Counted from the first letter of the stretch, positions 1 through 11,325 are shown. The stretch is 64,000 nt of DNA from an uncultured Planctomycetaceae bacterium (GCA_963833985.1 CAWIAD010000001.1:3447122-3511121), one strand, 5' to 3'. Notes: generated by a model not told the origin, from the letters alone. Made by a program: numbers and translations.

Positions 1-241
1 CCGGCAGAAGGATTCCGGCCGCCGCTGCGATCTCGAAGCCGGCATGGCAAAGCTTCTGGCGGCGCGCGTCGCCTGGGCCGCCGCCGACAATGCCGTGCAG
101 ATCCACGGCGGCAACGGCTTTGCGCTCGAATTCCCGATGTCGCGGATTCTTTGCGATGCGCGCATCCTCAACATTTTCGAGGGCGCTGCCGAAATCCAGG
201 CGCACGTGATCGCGCGGCGATTGCTGGACGGATCGAACTGA
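1..241 (+). CDS. acyl-CoA dehydrogenase, C-terminal part (runs off left edge)
   Basis: AVQIHGGNGF...RILNIFEGAAEIQ C-terminal ACAD motif. Confidence 0.9.
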   Translation, partial: RQKDSGRRCDLEAGMAKLLAARVAWAAADNAVQIHGGNGFALEFPMSRILCDARILNIFEGAAEIQAHVIARRLLDGSN

Positions 242-253
242 GCAGGCAGGTCG

Positions 254-298
254 GCGTCATTCCGAGCTGCGCGCTTTGAGCGCGCCTCAGGGTGACGG
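254..298. repeat. REP-like palindrome (GTCAT..GAG...CTCAG..TGAC family)
   Basis: cgtcattccgag...gcgcgc tttga gcgcgc...ctcagggtgacg; related copies at ~15930-15982 and 49906-50070. Confidence 0.55.
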
Positions 299-341
299 AA
301 CGTATGGTTGAACCCGATCGCGATGCGCTCTAAGTAGCCTC

Positions 342-551
342 ATGGCTAATTTCCTGTCCCACGGACTTGTTCCGATCGCCATCGGCGCCGTCGCGGTGGT
401 TTTGCTGCTCGGCCTCGTCAACATGATGCGAGGGGGTTCGGGCAACACCTCGCAGAAGCTGATGCGGTTGCGGGTTCTGCTTCAATTCGTCGCCATCGTG
501 TATCATCATGATCACGATCTGGGCGATGGCCAAATGACTCTGGGCAAATAG
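342..551 (+). CDS. twin-transmembrane-helix small protein (HIG1-like); 3' end probably frameshifted
   Basis: hydrophobic helix, NMMRGGSGNTSQKLMRLRVLLQFVAI; usual position upstream of the adenosyltransferase and etfB. Confidence 0.8.
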   Translation: MANFLSHGLVPIAIGAVAVVLLLGLVNMMRGGSGNTSQKLMRLRVLLQFVAIVYHHDHDLGDGQMTLGK

Positions 552-586
552 ACTTTTGGCAAACTTGGATAGCGGCGAAGCCGACG

Positions 587-1165
587 ATGGTCGTCCTCAA
601 CAAGATCTACACCCGCACCGGCGACGACGGCACGACGGCTTTGGGCACCGGCGAGCGGCGCAAGAAATACGATCTGCGGATCGCGGCCTACGGCACGCTT
701 GACGAGACCAACGCCACGATCGGGATCGCGCGGCTGCATACCGCCGGCGAGGCCGCGCTTGATCCCGCGCTGGTCCGCATCCAGAACGATCTGTTCGATG
801 TCGGGGCCGACCTGTGCACGCCCGGCAAGGGCAAAGGGCCGGGCGGCGCGCGGCTCACCGTCACCGCCGCGCAGGTGACGTGGCTGGAAAGCGAAATCGA
901 CCGGCTTAACGGCGAGCTTGAGCCGCTGCGATCTTTCGTCCTGCCGGGTGGCTTCGCGGCGGCGGCCTATCTGCATCTTGCCCGCACCATATGCCGGCGC
1001 GCCGAGCGGTTGATCGCCGAGCTTATGGACAAAGCGGACGAGAGCGTCACGCCCGAAGTGCTTCAATACGTCAATCGGCTGTCCGATTATTTGTTCGTCG
1101 CCGCCCGTTATGCCAACGACAAGGGCACGCGCGACGTGCTTTGGCAGCCAGGGCAGCACCGCTAG
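587..1165 (+). CDS. PduO-type cob(I)alamin adenosyltransferase
   Basis: KIYTRTGDDGTT, AYGTLDE, RTICRRAER, YVNRLSDYLF motifs. Confidence 0.95.
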   Translation: MVVLNKIYTRTGDDGTTALGTGERRKKYDLRIAAYGTLDETNATIGIARLHTAGEAALDPALVRIQNDLFDVGADLCTPGKGKGPGGARLTVTAAQVTWLESEIDRLNGELEPLRSFVLPGGFAAAAYLHLARTICRRAERLIAELMDKADESVTPEVLQYVNRLSDYLFVAARYANDKGTRDVLWQPGQHR

Positions 1166-1479
1166 GGCGCGACCGCGATTTCGGGAGAGCTGCTGGGCCG
1201 CTCCACCATGCCGGTATCCGCCAAAGAAAACCGGCCATGGCGTATTCCAGGCAAGCCAGCCTGCACCGGCTGGTCCGCCTGCGCGGTTGAGGGCTGGCTT
1301 TCCAGTTCGCTTTAACATCCGCGGCCGGTCTGCCGACGGGCGGCTCCTTTGAGCGGTTCGGCGCCCGCCCGTGGCGTTGACCGCAAGCGCGCCCGCCGGT
1401 ACGTTCCCGCACCGCAGCATCGCCGCCCTCCAAGCGCGGCGGAACCTGCGCGCAAAGACCGGGACAGTCGAAGCAGGCC

Positions 1480-2229
1480 ATGAAGATTCTCGTGCCCGTC
1501 AAACGGGCGGTCGATAAGGATGTGAAAATCCGGGTCAAGTCTGACGGCTCCGGCGTCGAGCTTTCCAACGTCAAAATGTCGATGAATCCCTTCGACGAGA
1601 TCGCCGTCGAAGAGGCGCTCCGGCTTAAGGAAGCGGGCAAGGCGACGGAGATCGTCGCCGTCTCGATCGGACCCGCGCAGGCGGCCGAAACGATCCGTAC
1701 CGCCCTGGCCATGGGCGCCGACCGCGGCATTCTGGTGAAGACCGAAGGCAATGCGGAGCCGCTCGCGGTAGCAAAGATCCTCAAGGCCGTCGTCGCTGCG
1801 GAACAGCCCGGTCTCGTCATCATGGGCAAACAGGCGATCGACGACGACTCCAATCAGACCGGCCAGATGCTGGCGGCGCTGCTTGGCTGGCCGCAGGGCA
1901 CGTTCGCCTCCAAGGTGACGATCGACGGCGAAGCGCTCATGGTCACCCGCGAAGTCGACGGCGGCCTGCAGACGGTGAAGCTCAAGATGCCGGCGATCGT
2001 CACCACCGATCTGCGATTGAACGAGCCGCGCTACGCGTCGTTGCCCAACATCATGAAGGCGAAGAAAAAGCCGATCGACGAAAAGACCGCCGCCGATTAC
2101 GGCGTCGACACCAAGCCGCATCTTGAAATCGTCAAGACCACCGAACCGCCGGTGCGCAAGGCCGGCGTCAAGGTCAAGACCGTCGCCGAGCTCGTCGACA
2201 AGCTCAAGAACGAAGCGGGGGCGATCTGA
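1480..2229 (+). CDS. etfB: electron transfer flavoprotein beta subunit
   Basis: [37 protein letters not shown]. Confidence 0.97.
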   Translation: MKILVPVKRAVDKDVKIRVKSDGSGVELSNVKMSMNPFDEIAVEEALRLKEAGKATEIVAVSIGPAQAAETIRTALAMGADRGILVKTEGNAEPLAVAKILKAVVAAEQPGLVIMGKQAIDDDSNQTGQMLAALLGWPQGTFASKVTIDGEALMVTREVDGGLQTVKLKMPAIVTTDLRLNEPRYASLPNIMKAKKKPIDEKTAADYGVDTKPHLEIVKTTEPPVRKAGVKVKTVAELVDKLKNEAGAI

Positions 2230-3174
2230 TGCCGACCCTTCTCGTCGCCGAGCACGACAACAAATCGCTGAAGGACTTCGACCAGCAAGGCGCTGACCGC
2301 GGCCAAGGCGATCGGCGCCGATGTCCACATCCTCGTCGCCGGCCACAACTGCAAGGCCGCCGCCGACGCCGCGGCCAAACTCGACGGCGTCAAGAAGGTG
2401 CTGCTGGCCGACGCGCCCGCCTACGAGCACATGCTGGCCGAGCCCACCGCCGCGCTGATCGTCTCGCTGGCGGGCCCCTACGAGACGATCATGGCGCCGG
2501 CGACGACAAGCGGAAAGAACATCATGCCGCGCGTCGCAGCTTTGCTCGACGTGATGCAGATTTCCGAGATCAGCAAGGTCGTGGCGCCGGATACCTTCGA
2601 ACGGCCGGTCTATGCCGGAAACGCCATCCAGACGGTGCGCTCGCTCGACCCGAAAAAGGTCATCACGGTGCGCACCGCGGCGTTCCAGGCAACGGGCGAG
2701 GGCGGTTCCGCACCGGTCGAACCGGCCGCCGCGGCGGCCGACCCCGGCATTTCCGGTTTCGTCGGCGAAGAATTATCGAAGTCGGAGCGTCCGGAACTGA
2801 CCTCGGCAAAGATCATTATTTCCGGAGGCCGGGCGATGCAAAGCCGGGACAACTTCACCAAATATATAGAGCCGGTCGCCGACAAGCTCGGCGCGGCGAT
2901 AGGCGCATCGCGTGCCGCGGTAGACGCCGGCTATGCGCCAAACGACTGGCAAGTCGGCCAGACCGGCAAGGTTGTGGCGCCGGATCTCTATATCGCCGTC
3001 GGTATTTCAGGTGCTATTCAGCACCTCGCCGGCATGAAGGACTCGAAAGTGATCGTTGCTATCAACAAGGATGAGGAAGCCCCGATCTTTCAGGTCGCCG
3101 ACTATGGGTTGGTGGCGGACCTCTATCAGGCCCTGCCGGAGCTGGCCCAGGAGCTCGGAAAGCACGGTCGTTGA
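2229..3174 (+). CDS. etfA: electron transfer flavoprotein alpha subunit (frameshift near 2280)
   Basis: [16 protein letters not shown] in one frame, continues in another with SRAAVDAG, QVGQTGK, YIAVGISGAIQHLAGM. Confidence 0.95.
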
Positions 3175-3211
3175 TCAGGGGCCGCAGCGCCCTCGAAGAA
3201 GGTAAGCGAAG

Positions 3212-4144
3212 ATGGTCGAAGTGAAGGACCGGCCGAAGACGCGCGGCGATCATGGCGGCGGCAAGGGTCACGCCATCCGCAGTGTCGGCGTGATCGGCGC
3301 CGGACAGATGGGCAACGGCATCGCGCATGTCTGCGCGCTCTCGGGTCTTCAAGTCCTGCTTAACGACGTCGTCGCCGAGCGCATTTCCGAGGGCATCGCC
3401 GTCATCAGCGGCAATCTGGCGCGCCAGGTCAGCCGCCAGCGTATCACTGAAGAAGAGCGCGAGGCGGCCATCAAGCGCATCACTCCGGCGAAAGCGCTCG
3501 CCGACCTCGCCAACTGCGACATGGTGATCGAGGCGGCGACCGAAAAGGAAGAGGTCAAGCGCAAGATCTTTACCGCGCTGTGTCCGTCGCTCAAGCCCGA
3601 GACCATCGTCGGCACCAACACCTCTTCGATCTCGATCACGCGGCTCGCCGCCGCCACCGACCGCCCGGAGCGTTTCATCGGCATTCATTTCATGAATCCG
3701 GTGCCGCTGATGGAGCTGGTCGAAATCATCCGCGGTATCGCCACCGACGACGAGACCTTCGAGACGACCAAGCAGTTCATCAGCAATCTCGGCAAGCAAA
3801 TCGCGGTGTCGGAGGATTTCCCTGCCTTCATCGTCAACCGCATCCTGCTGCCGATGATCAACGAAGCGATCTACACGCTCTACGAAGGCGTCGGCAATGT
3901 CGAGGCGATCGACACGGCGATGCGCCTTGGCGCGCATCATCCGATGGGGCCGCTGGAACTTGCCGATTTCATCGGGCTCGATACCTGCCTGTCGGTGATG
4001 CAGGTGCTGCACGAGGGGTTAGCGGATTCGAAATACCGGCCGTGCCCGCTGCTGGTGAAATACGTCGAAGCCGGCTGGCTCGGCCGCAAGACCCAGCGCG
4101 GTTTTTACGATTATCGGGGCGAGAAGCCCGTTCCGACGCGATAA
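3212..4144 (+). CDS. hbd: 3-hydroxybutyryl-CoA dehydrogenase
   Basis: GVIGAGQMGNGIA Rossmann motif, HFMNPVP, PMGPLELADFIGLD. Confidence 0.93.
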   Translation: MVEVKDRPKTRGDHGGGKGHAIRSVGVIGAGQMGNGIAHVCALSGLQVLLNDVVAERISEGIAVISGNLARQVSRQRITEEEREAAIKRITPAKALADLANCDMVIEAATEKEEVKRKIFTALCPSLKPETIVGTNTSSISITRLAAATDRPERFIGIHFMNPVPLMELVEIIRGIATDDETFETTKQFISNLGKQIAVSEDFPAFIVNRILLPMINEAIYTLYEGVGNVEAIDTAMRLGAHHPMGPLELADFIGLDTCLSVMQVLHEGLADSKYRPCPLLVKYVEAGWLGRKTQRGFYDYRGEKPVPTR

Positions 4145-4274
4145 ATTGCTCGCGTTTGGACCGGGCCATAGCGCGGCCCGTCCACGACTTCCACAACAAT
4201 GGATGCCCGGCACGTAGCGAACGAAGCGTCGCTGCGCTGCTATCCGCCACGGCCGGGCATAACGACGTCGCGGT

Positions 4275-4667
4275 TTATTGGATCAGTCCCCAGAACAGAC
4301 CGACGATGCAGACGAAGCCGAGCACGAAGATCAGCGTGCGAATGTAGGGAATGCCGGCCAGGAACACGACCGCGTGCGCCACGCGCAGCCAGAAGTAGCT
4401 CATGGCCCAGAAGGCCGTCATGGGCGTGGTCTTGCCGGTCAGCTGAATCAGGATCACCAAAGCCGCGAAAGGCGCGAATGTCTCGACGGCGTTGAGATAG
4501 GTCCGGTGAGCGCGCTTGCCCCAGTTCGGCACCGGCCGCGGCGTCGGATCGGTATAATTCTCCGGCGTCAAAAATCCGTTGGTCATGACTTGCGACACGA
4601 TGTACGGGATCCACAGCGCCGCCGTGAGCATGGCCGTAAGAGCCAGATATTTTAGTTCGGGCGACAT
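4275..4667 (-). CDS. MAPEG family membrane protein
   Basis: RAHRTYLNAVETFAPF motif, hydrophobic helices. Confidence 0.85.
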   Translation of the reverse strand: MSPELKYLALTAMLTAALWIPYIVSQVMTNGFLTPENYTDPTPRPVPNWGKRAHRTYLNAVETFAPFAALVILIQLTGKTTPMTAFWAMSYFWLRVAHAVVFLAGIPYIRTLIFVLGFVCIVGLFWGLIQ

Positions 4668-4781
4668 TGAGTTTTTTCCTTCCCTTGACTTGTTTAAAGT
4701 TTCCTCAGCGCATCAATTGTAATGGAAGACGCAACTTCCGCGATCACCTTTTCGAGCCGACGAAATCCGCCACGGCGTCGC

Positions 4782-5569
4782 TCAATCGCAGCACGACGCC
4801 GAAGGCTTTGTTTGCTGTGAAGATTTTGGCTCCTGATAAGCGGCCTTTGGGTCGACGGTTGCGCCCTCATACTTGTCGTGGTGGCGCACCCACGCCATGC
4901 CGTATTTCAGTCCGTCTTCGTCGCGGCCCTTCGGCGCAAGGTCGAGGAAATTGTACGCGCCAATGAGGATGTCGAGACCGCGTCCGTAGCTCGAATAGGT
5001 GTGGAACACCTCACCGGCGGAGTCTTTGAAGAACACGCTGGCGCCCGGCCGCTCGTCGCTGGGGAAATGAGTTTCTGCATAGTTATAGATCGTGACTGCC
5101 GGTCGCCTTTCTCTTCCGGCGACGCCGATACCTGATAGTCGAAATTGAAATCGTTGCCGAATGACGACACCCACTTGAAGTGCCAGCCCATGCGGCGTTT
5201 GAACTTCTCGATCCGTTGCAGCGGGGCGCGCGAAACCACCACGAAGGCGACGTCGCGTTGGGCGAGATGGACGACCGCGCCGTCGAAATGATCGGCCAGC
5301 AGCGAACAACTCGGGCAGCCCTCTTCCCAGTCGGGACCGAGCATGAAGTGGTAGACGATCAGCTGGCTTTTGCCGCCGAACAGGTCGGCCAGGGTCTGCT
5401 TGCCGTCGGGACCGTCGAACACATAATTTTTCTCGACCTTCTCCCACGGCAGTTCGCGCCGTTTGCGGCTCAGGGCGTCGCGGGCGCGGGTGAACGCCTT
5501 TTCGTCGGCAAGGTGCGCCTTGCGCGCCGCGAGCCATTCGTCATGGGAAACGACCTTATGCGGTTCCAT
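4782..5569 (-). CDS. DUF899 thioredoxin-like protein (frameshift near 5100)
   Basis: RRELPW, LIVYHFM, GCPSCS, then HTYSSYGRG and PKGRDE in a second frame. Confidence 0.88.
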
Positions 5570-5629
5570 GTGATGCTCCTCCGCTTCCATGTCCAGCTTC
5601 CATGCCGCCCGCGGTGGAACGCGGCTTGA

Positions 5630-6010
5630 TCACTCCGCCGGCGTCATCCAGCCGACGCCGGCGCCGCCGGGCTCTTCGAGGATGACGATCCGGCCGACGC
5701 CAGGCACGTCGAACGCCGGCTTCATGACCTTGGCGCCTGCCTTCGTCGCTTTTTTCACGCGGGCATCGACGTCGTCGACGGCGATGTAGGGCATCCAGCT
5801 TTCGGGGACGCCCTCGTATCCCGGGCCGCTGATCTCGAAGATGCCGGCGACCGGCGTGTTGCCGGCATTGGCGAGCCAATAGGTGCCGCCGTCCGGCATC
5901 GGCATCGATTCAAAGGTCCAGCCCATCGCTTCGCCGTAGAATTTTTTGGCGCGCGCGACGTCGCGCGTCATCAGTTCGTTCCAGTGAAATTGTCCGTGTG
6001 ACCATGCCAT
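5630..6010 (-). CDS. VOC/glyoxalase family protein
   Basis: GQFHWNELMTRD, WMPYIAVDDVDA, FDVPGVGR. Confidence 0.88.
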   Translation of the reverse strand: MAWSHGQFHWNELMTRDVARAKKFYGEAMGWTFESMPMPDGGTYWLANAGNTPVAGIFEISGPGYEGVPESWMPYIAVDDVDARVKKATKAGAKVMKPAFDVPGVGRIVILEEPGGAGVGWMTPAE

Positions 6011-6078
6011 CGATATTGCTCCAGTGTTGGCGATTGCGAGATGCGTTGCGGATCAAGCTTCCTGCATTATCGTGTCGC

Positions 6079-6520
6079 TCATACGAACAGCTTTTCCAGC
6101 TTGTCGAATGCGCCGGCCCAGCCCTGCTGATGGCCGTCGCGCGTGGCCTCGTCGGCGAATTGCTCATGCGTCAAGGTGAGCAGCGTACCTTCCCCATCCG
6201 GTTTGAGCAGCACGGTGACCAGCGATTCGCGTTCCGGTGTCGATTGCCAAGCCCAGGTGAACACCAGTTTCTCGTTGGCGATGACCTCGCGATAAACCCC
6301 GCCGACATTGTGGGGTTCGCCGTTCGGCGAGCGCATCAGGATCAGGTAGCGGCCGCCCTCGCGCGGGTCGCTTTCGGCCCGCACGGTGACGATTTCGCCC
6401 GGTCCCATCCAGCGTTTTATCTTTTCCGGGTCGGTCCAGGCGGCGAAGACTTTGGCGCGGGGACGCCTTGAGGCGTCGCTTGAGCGTGAGACTTGGTTTG
6501 ACGGCGGTTTCGACGGACAT
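6079..6520 (-). CDS. SRPBCC/AHSA1 domain protein (frameshift near 6460)
   Basis: MSVETAVKPSLTLKRR then KVFAAWTDPE...LVFTWAW...TLLTLTHEQF. Confidence 0.85.
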
Positions 6521-6855
6521 GACTCTTCCTCCTCCAAAAAATCGGCGAGGCGTGACAGCGCCTCAGACCAAAACCGCTCATAGCGATTAAGCCAGGCGAT
6601 CGCGTTTTGCATCGGTGCCGCGTTGAGACGGCAGGTGACGGTGCGGCCCGATTTGGTCCGCGTCACCAGCCCAGCATCGGACAGCACGTCGAGATGTTTC
6701 ATGATCGCCGGCAATGAGACGCTAAACGGCGCCGCTAGCGCACTGACCGAAATGTTCGGCTGCTCGGCAAGCCGCGCGAGCAACGACCGCCGCGTCGGAT
6801 CGGCCAAGGCGGCAAAGGTGCGATCAAGCGGGGCGTCGCTGTTATACTTAACCAT
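6517..6855 (-). CDS. ArsR/SmtB family regulator (3' end uncertain because of the frameshift)
   Basis: LDRTFAALADPTRR...SLPAIMKHLDVL..AGLV. Confidence 0.88.
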
Positions 6856-6890
6856 ATAGTTAAGTATAGGGCGGCAACGATCGCTGTCAA
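6843..6890 (-). promoter_or_regulatory. sigma70 promoter with a perfect operator palindrome over the ArsR start codon
   Basis: TTGACA(6890-6885)-N16-TATACT(6868-6863); TATACTTAAC-N6-GTTAAGTATA inverted repeat at 6843-6868. Confidence 0.75.
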
Positions 6891-6998
6891 GCGATGCTGG
6901 CTTGGCGGCATTTCGCAAGCCGGATGTCTGGCCGCGTGATGACGCCGCGGCGTCCGATCGCGATGGCGTCCGATCGCGCGGTTCGATATCCTACTATT

Positions 6999-7175
6999 AT
7001 GGAACCACGTGGCGTGTACCGAGAACGTAACGGCGAGGGCGATCAACCGAGCGCTCGCGTCAAATATGATGAGCACCAGGAGCTCGACGTGCCCGAAGAC
7101 CGATATCGGGCAAGGGGCTACCAACCGCCTTTCGACAAGTTGCCCTGGAAAGATGAAATAGCCAATGACGCTTAG
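6999..7175 (+). CDS. small hypothetical protein (58 aa)
   Basis: protein-like composition (ARVKYD..LDVPEDRYRARGYQPPFDKLPW); fills an intergenic gap. Confidence 0.5.
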   Translation: MEPRGVYRERNGEGDQPSARVKYDEHQELDVPEDRYRARGYQPPFDKLPWKDEIANDA

Positions 7176-7419
7176 GGCTCTCAAAGCGCCGCCCAGCATG
7201 GGCCGCTTAAAGCGCGTCCTGCCACTCATTGCGTCGGAAATATTTTTAAAACCGAGACTTCGCCTGTTTGGGCTTTTGCCCACGAATGCGCGTTGCGATC
7301 GCTGATCTGCCGTTGACAGCCAGCGCTTCCGTTGTCACGTTTGCTGCGCATCAACGCATGCAAAGTGCGGCGGGAACAACTGCCGCTATTGGCGCCTCGA
7401 GCGCACCGGGAGGATATCC

Positions 7420-9149
7420 ATGACGCGAATCGGGAAAACGATGCTGCTTGCGGGAACGATAGCGCTTCCGCTTGGAGGTTTTGCTGCCGCGCAGGAGACC
7501 GGCGGGGGTGGCGGCGCGGGACCGCGGCAAATGTGCCGATACCGACGGTCAGCCAATCGATGCTCAACAACGCCGCGAGCGACAGCAAGAACTTCCTGGC
7601 CACCAACGGCAACTACAATCAAACCCGCTTCCATCCTGCCAGTCAGATCACGACGTCAAACGTCAAAAACCTGCACGTCGCCTGGATTTTCCAGACCGAC
7701 GTCAAGGAATCGACGGAGACCTCGCCGATCATTGTCAACGGCGTGATGTATGTCACCACCTCGTTCGACCACGTCTATGCGCTGAACGCGCAGACCGGCG
7801 AGCAGCTCTGGCACTACAAGCACGACATGGGTCCGATCACGGTCTATTGCTGCGGGCCAAACAATCGCGGCGTTGCGGTGCTCGGCGACAAAGTTTATCT
7901 CGCCACCCTTGACGCGAAACTCGTCGCGCTCGATGCCAAGACCGGCAAGCCGGTGTGGTCGCAGCAGATCGCCGATCCATCGCTCGGCTACAGCGAGACC
8001 ATGGCGCCGACGGCCGTCGACGGAAAAATCCTGGTCGGCACCAACGGCGGCGAATACGGCATCCGTGGCTTCGTCAAGGCGTATGACGCCAACGATGGCA
8101 AGCTATTGTGGACGTTCGAGACAATTCCCGAGAACTCAGCCGGCGTTTGGGCGACCAAAGACGCCACCGGTCGCGACATGCATCGCGACATTGCCGCCGA
8201 GAAGGATACGCTGGCCAAGAACGGCGATCCCTACAAAACGCTCGGCGGTGGCGTGTGGCAGAATCCGTCAGTGGACCTCGCCACGAAGCGCATCTATTTC
8301 GTGGTCGGCAATCCGTCGCCCGATCTCGATGGCGCCATACGACCCGGCGACAACCTCTATACCGACTCGCTGGTTTCGGTTGATCTCGATACCGGCAAGC
8401 TCGCCTGCTACTTCCAGTATGTCCCGCACGACGTCTGGGATCTCGACGCCGTGAGCCCGACCGTCCTCGTCAGCGCCAAGGATAAGGGCGGCAAGACCGT
8501 TCCCGCCGTGCTGCATGCCGGCAAGACCGGATACATCTATGTGCACGATCGCAAGGATTGCAGCCTGATCCGCTTCTCCGAACCGATGGTGTCGCAAAAG
8601 GACCGGTGGGTGCTGCCGACGCCGACCCAGCCGCTCGATGCGAAGTCGGCGCGCATGTTCCCGGGCGCCAATGGCGGCGTGGAATGGTCGCCGATAGCGA
8701 CCAACCCGGGTCTCAACCTGGCCTATGCAATTAATCTCGAGCAGGAGATGACCTACACCGTAGCGAGCGCCCCGTATCCCGACGGCAAGCTCTGGCTCGG
8801 GGGCGCCTTCACGAACGTGCCCGGCGGTATCCAGGCCGGCAACGTGACGGCGGTCGACTACGACACCGGCAAGATCAAATGGCAGGTGAAAACGCCGCAG
8901 CCGATGATCGGCGGCATCCTTGCGACGGCCGGCGGTGTCGTGTTCGCCGGCGAGAGCAACGGCTGGTTCAAAGCCTATGACGCCAAAAACGGCAACGTTC
9001 TCTGGAAGTTCCAAGCGGGCGCCGGCGTCAATGCGCCGCCATCGTCCTATACGGTCGGCGGCAAGCAGTTTGTCGTGGTGGCGGCTGGCGGCAACGTGCA
9101 GGTCGATTCCAAGCGCGGCAACAGCATCGTCGCCTTTACTTTGGACTGA
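7420..9149 (+). CDS. periplasmic PQQ-dependent alcohol dehydrogenase-type quinoprotein (frameshift near 7520)
   Basis: RBS GGAGG plus signal peptide at 7420; vicinal CC (YCCGPNNRG), [17 protein letters not shown], Trp-docking repeats. Confidence 0.92.
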
Positions 9150-9219
9150 CTAAACCGGTTAGCTTGGACCGATTGGATGATCGTGAGGACGGGACCGGCA
9201 ACGGCCCCGTCCGATTTTT

Positions 9220-9813
9220 GTGGGGACGCTTGGTCGAATGAGAAGATTGTCGGTTCTGTTGGCTCTCGCGCTTACGATTCCCTCAGCCGCGGCCCACGCC
9301 GAAAGCATCGAAGAAAAGGCGCAAGTCTGCGCGGCCTGCCACGGCGAGAACGGTGTGCCGCCGCAGCAGGTCATCCCGGTGCCACTCATTTGGGGGCAAA
9401 ATCTAGGCTACCTTTTCTTCCAATTGCGGGATTTCAAATCCGGCGCACGCAAGAACGATCAAATGACGCCCATCGTGGAGGCACTTGAGCGCGACGATCT
9501 GATGCCGCTGGCGCAATATTTCGCAAAAAAAACATGGCCCAACCTGCAGCAACCGCACGCGACGGCGGACCAGGCGGTATTGGCGCAGCGTGCCAATGCT
9601 TCCGTCGTTTGCACCAGTTGCCATCAGCAGGGATTTATCGGCGACGGCACCCAGCCGCGGCTTGCCGGCCAGGAGCGAGGTTACCTGGACAAGACGATGA
9701 CTGACTTCCGCAGCGGCGTCCGCAGCAACAATCCAGGCATGCACGATCTCATGCTGGCGATCTCGGAAAAGGACATCGCCGCGTTGGCGACCTGGCTTGG
9801 TGGAATGAGATGA
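9220..9813 (+). CDS. di-haem cytochrome c (c4/c553-like)
   Basis: signal peptide, CAACH and CTSCH haem motifs. Confidence 0.9.
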   Translation: MGTLGRMRRLSVLLALALTIPSAAAHAESIEEKAQVCAACHGENGVPPQQVIPVPLIWGQNLGYLFFQLRDFKSGARKNDQMTPIVEALERDDLMPLAQYFAKKTWPNLQQPHATADQAVLAQRANASVVCTSCHQQGFIGDGTQPRLAGQERGYLDKTMTDFRSGVRSNNPGMHDLMLAISEKDIAALATWLGGMR

Positions 9814-10744
9814 CTACCGGCTGAGCAGCGCCCGGACCTCGGCGTTCGTCGCCAGATCGGCCGCCGTCTTGCCCTCTTTATCCCTCAGCGCGCGGTCGGC
9901 GCCGTGCTGGATGAGGATGTCGACAGTCGCCGCATCGCCAAGCGAGGCGGCGATCATCAGCGCGGTGCGGCCGCGATTATCGGCGGCGTCGAGCATGGCG
10001 CCGCGCGCAACGAGAAGATCGACGACGCGCTCGACAGCGCCGGCGCCGACGCCCTCGTCATGACCGGCGGTCCACATGAGCGCGGTGAGGTCGTTGCCGT
10101 AACGCTCGCGCGGATCGACACCGGCATCAAGCAGCCGCCGCACGATGTCGTCGAAGCCGCGCGACGCAGCATAAACGATCGCTGTCTTGCCGGTCGTGTC
10201 GCGCACTTTCGGATCGGCGCCGTGGGCGAGAAGAGTTCTCGACGATGCGGTCGTTGCCCTTGAACGACGCGGCGATGAGCGCCGTGAGACCGGAGCGGCC
10301 GGTGAGGTTCGGGTCGGCGCCATCGGACAGCAACAGGGCGACGGTGGAATGCTTTTCGGCTTCGGCTGCAGCGAACAACGCCGTGCCGCCATCGACATTG
10401 CGGGCGTCGATCGGCGCGCCTTTGGCGAGAAACAATTCGACGAGCTTCCGGTGGCCGCCGCGCGCGGCGTGGGTAAGCGGCATGGCGCCGCGGCGGTCGC
10501 GCGCCAGCAACGACGCTCCGGCATCCAGGAGCTTGCTCGCCAACGCTTCGCAACCCCGGTCGGCCGCCGCGAACAGCGCGATGTTGATCTGCACCGACAC
10601 GGCCTCGGCTTTGACCAGATCGTAGTTGCGCTCGATCTCGCCGCAGTCCTGGTCGGCACGCGGCTTTTGGGCTTGCGCGTGCGCCGAAGGGATTGCGGCG
10701 AGCGCCAGCGCACAGGCGAGGGCGCGGAGAAGAAGCGGAGTCAT
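9814..10744 (-). CDS. secreted ankyrin-repeat protein (frameshift near 10240)
   Basis: signal peptide; repeated G.TAL..AA ankyrin units across two frames. Confidence 0.88.
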
Positions 10745-10753
10745 GGTGCAATT

Positions 10754-10784
10754 GTAGCCCGGATTGAGCGGAGCGAAATCCGGG
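10754..10784 (+). repeat. GTAG-type REP hairpin upstream of RAYT
   Basis: GTAG-CCCGGATT-gagcggagcga-AATCCGGG. Confidence 0.85.
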
Positions 10785-10797
10785 ATAGTCTAGACGC

Positions 10798-11325
10798 ATG
10801 GTACGCTACCGGCGAAATTTCCTTGCAGGCGGCACGTTCTTCTTCACGGCGACGCTCGCGGATCGAACGTCGAGCGGGCTGACCGATCACGTCGCGGCCC
10901 TGCGCTCGGCGGTGCAGCTAACGCGACGGCAACACCCATTCACGATCGACGCGGTTGTGGTGTTGCCCGATCACCTCCACATCATCATGACATTGCCGCA
11001 GGGGGATGCAGATTTCCCAACGCGATGGCAATTAATCAAACGTCGGTTTACAGCCGCCGTCGCCAAGGCGGGTTCTCCAGTCCTGCGCCACAGAAATGGA
11101 GAATATGCGCTCTGGCAGCGGCGGTTCTGGGAGCACTCGATCCGGGACCAAAAAGATTTCGAGCGGCACGTCGACTACATCCATTTTAATCCCGTCAAGC
11201 ACGGGTTGGTCGCCAGAGTGCGCGATTGGCCGTACTCGTCGTTTCATCGCTACGTGCGGCGGGGAATATTGCCGGAGGATTGGGGCGGAGATTTGGGGCA
11301 AGTCCGTGGAAATTTCGGCGAATGA
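10798..11325 (+). CDS. rayT: REP-associated tyrosine transposase (RAYT, Y1 HUH family)
   Basis: GGTFFFT, VVLPDHLH (HUH), WQRRFWEH, DYIHFNPVKHG, DWPYSS motifs; flanking REPs. Confidence 0.95.
   Translation: MVRYRRNFLAGGTFFFTATLADRTSSGLTDHVAALRSAVQLTRRQHPFTIDAVVVLPDHLHIIMTLPQGDADFPTRWQLIKRRFTAAVAKAGSPVLRHRNGEYALWQRRFWEHSIRDQKDFERHVDYIHFNPVKHGLVARVRDWPYSSFHRYVRRGILPEDWGGDLGQVRGNFGE

Noticed and set aside
6079..6918. ArsR-SRPBCC fusion protein
   Set aside because: SRPBCC has its own RBS and ATG at 6520 in another frame; the apparent fusion arises from a probable indel near 6460
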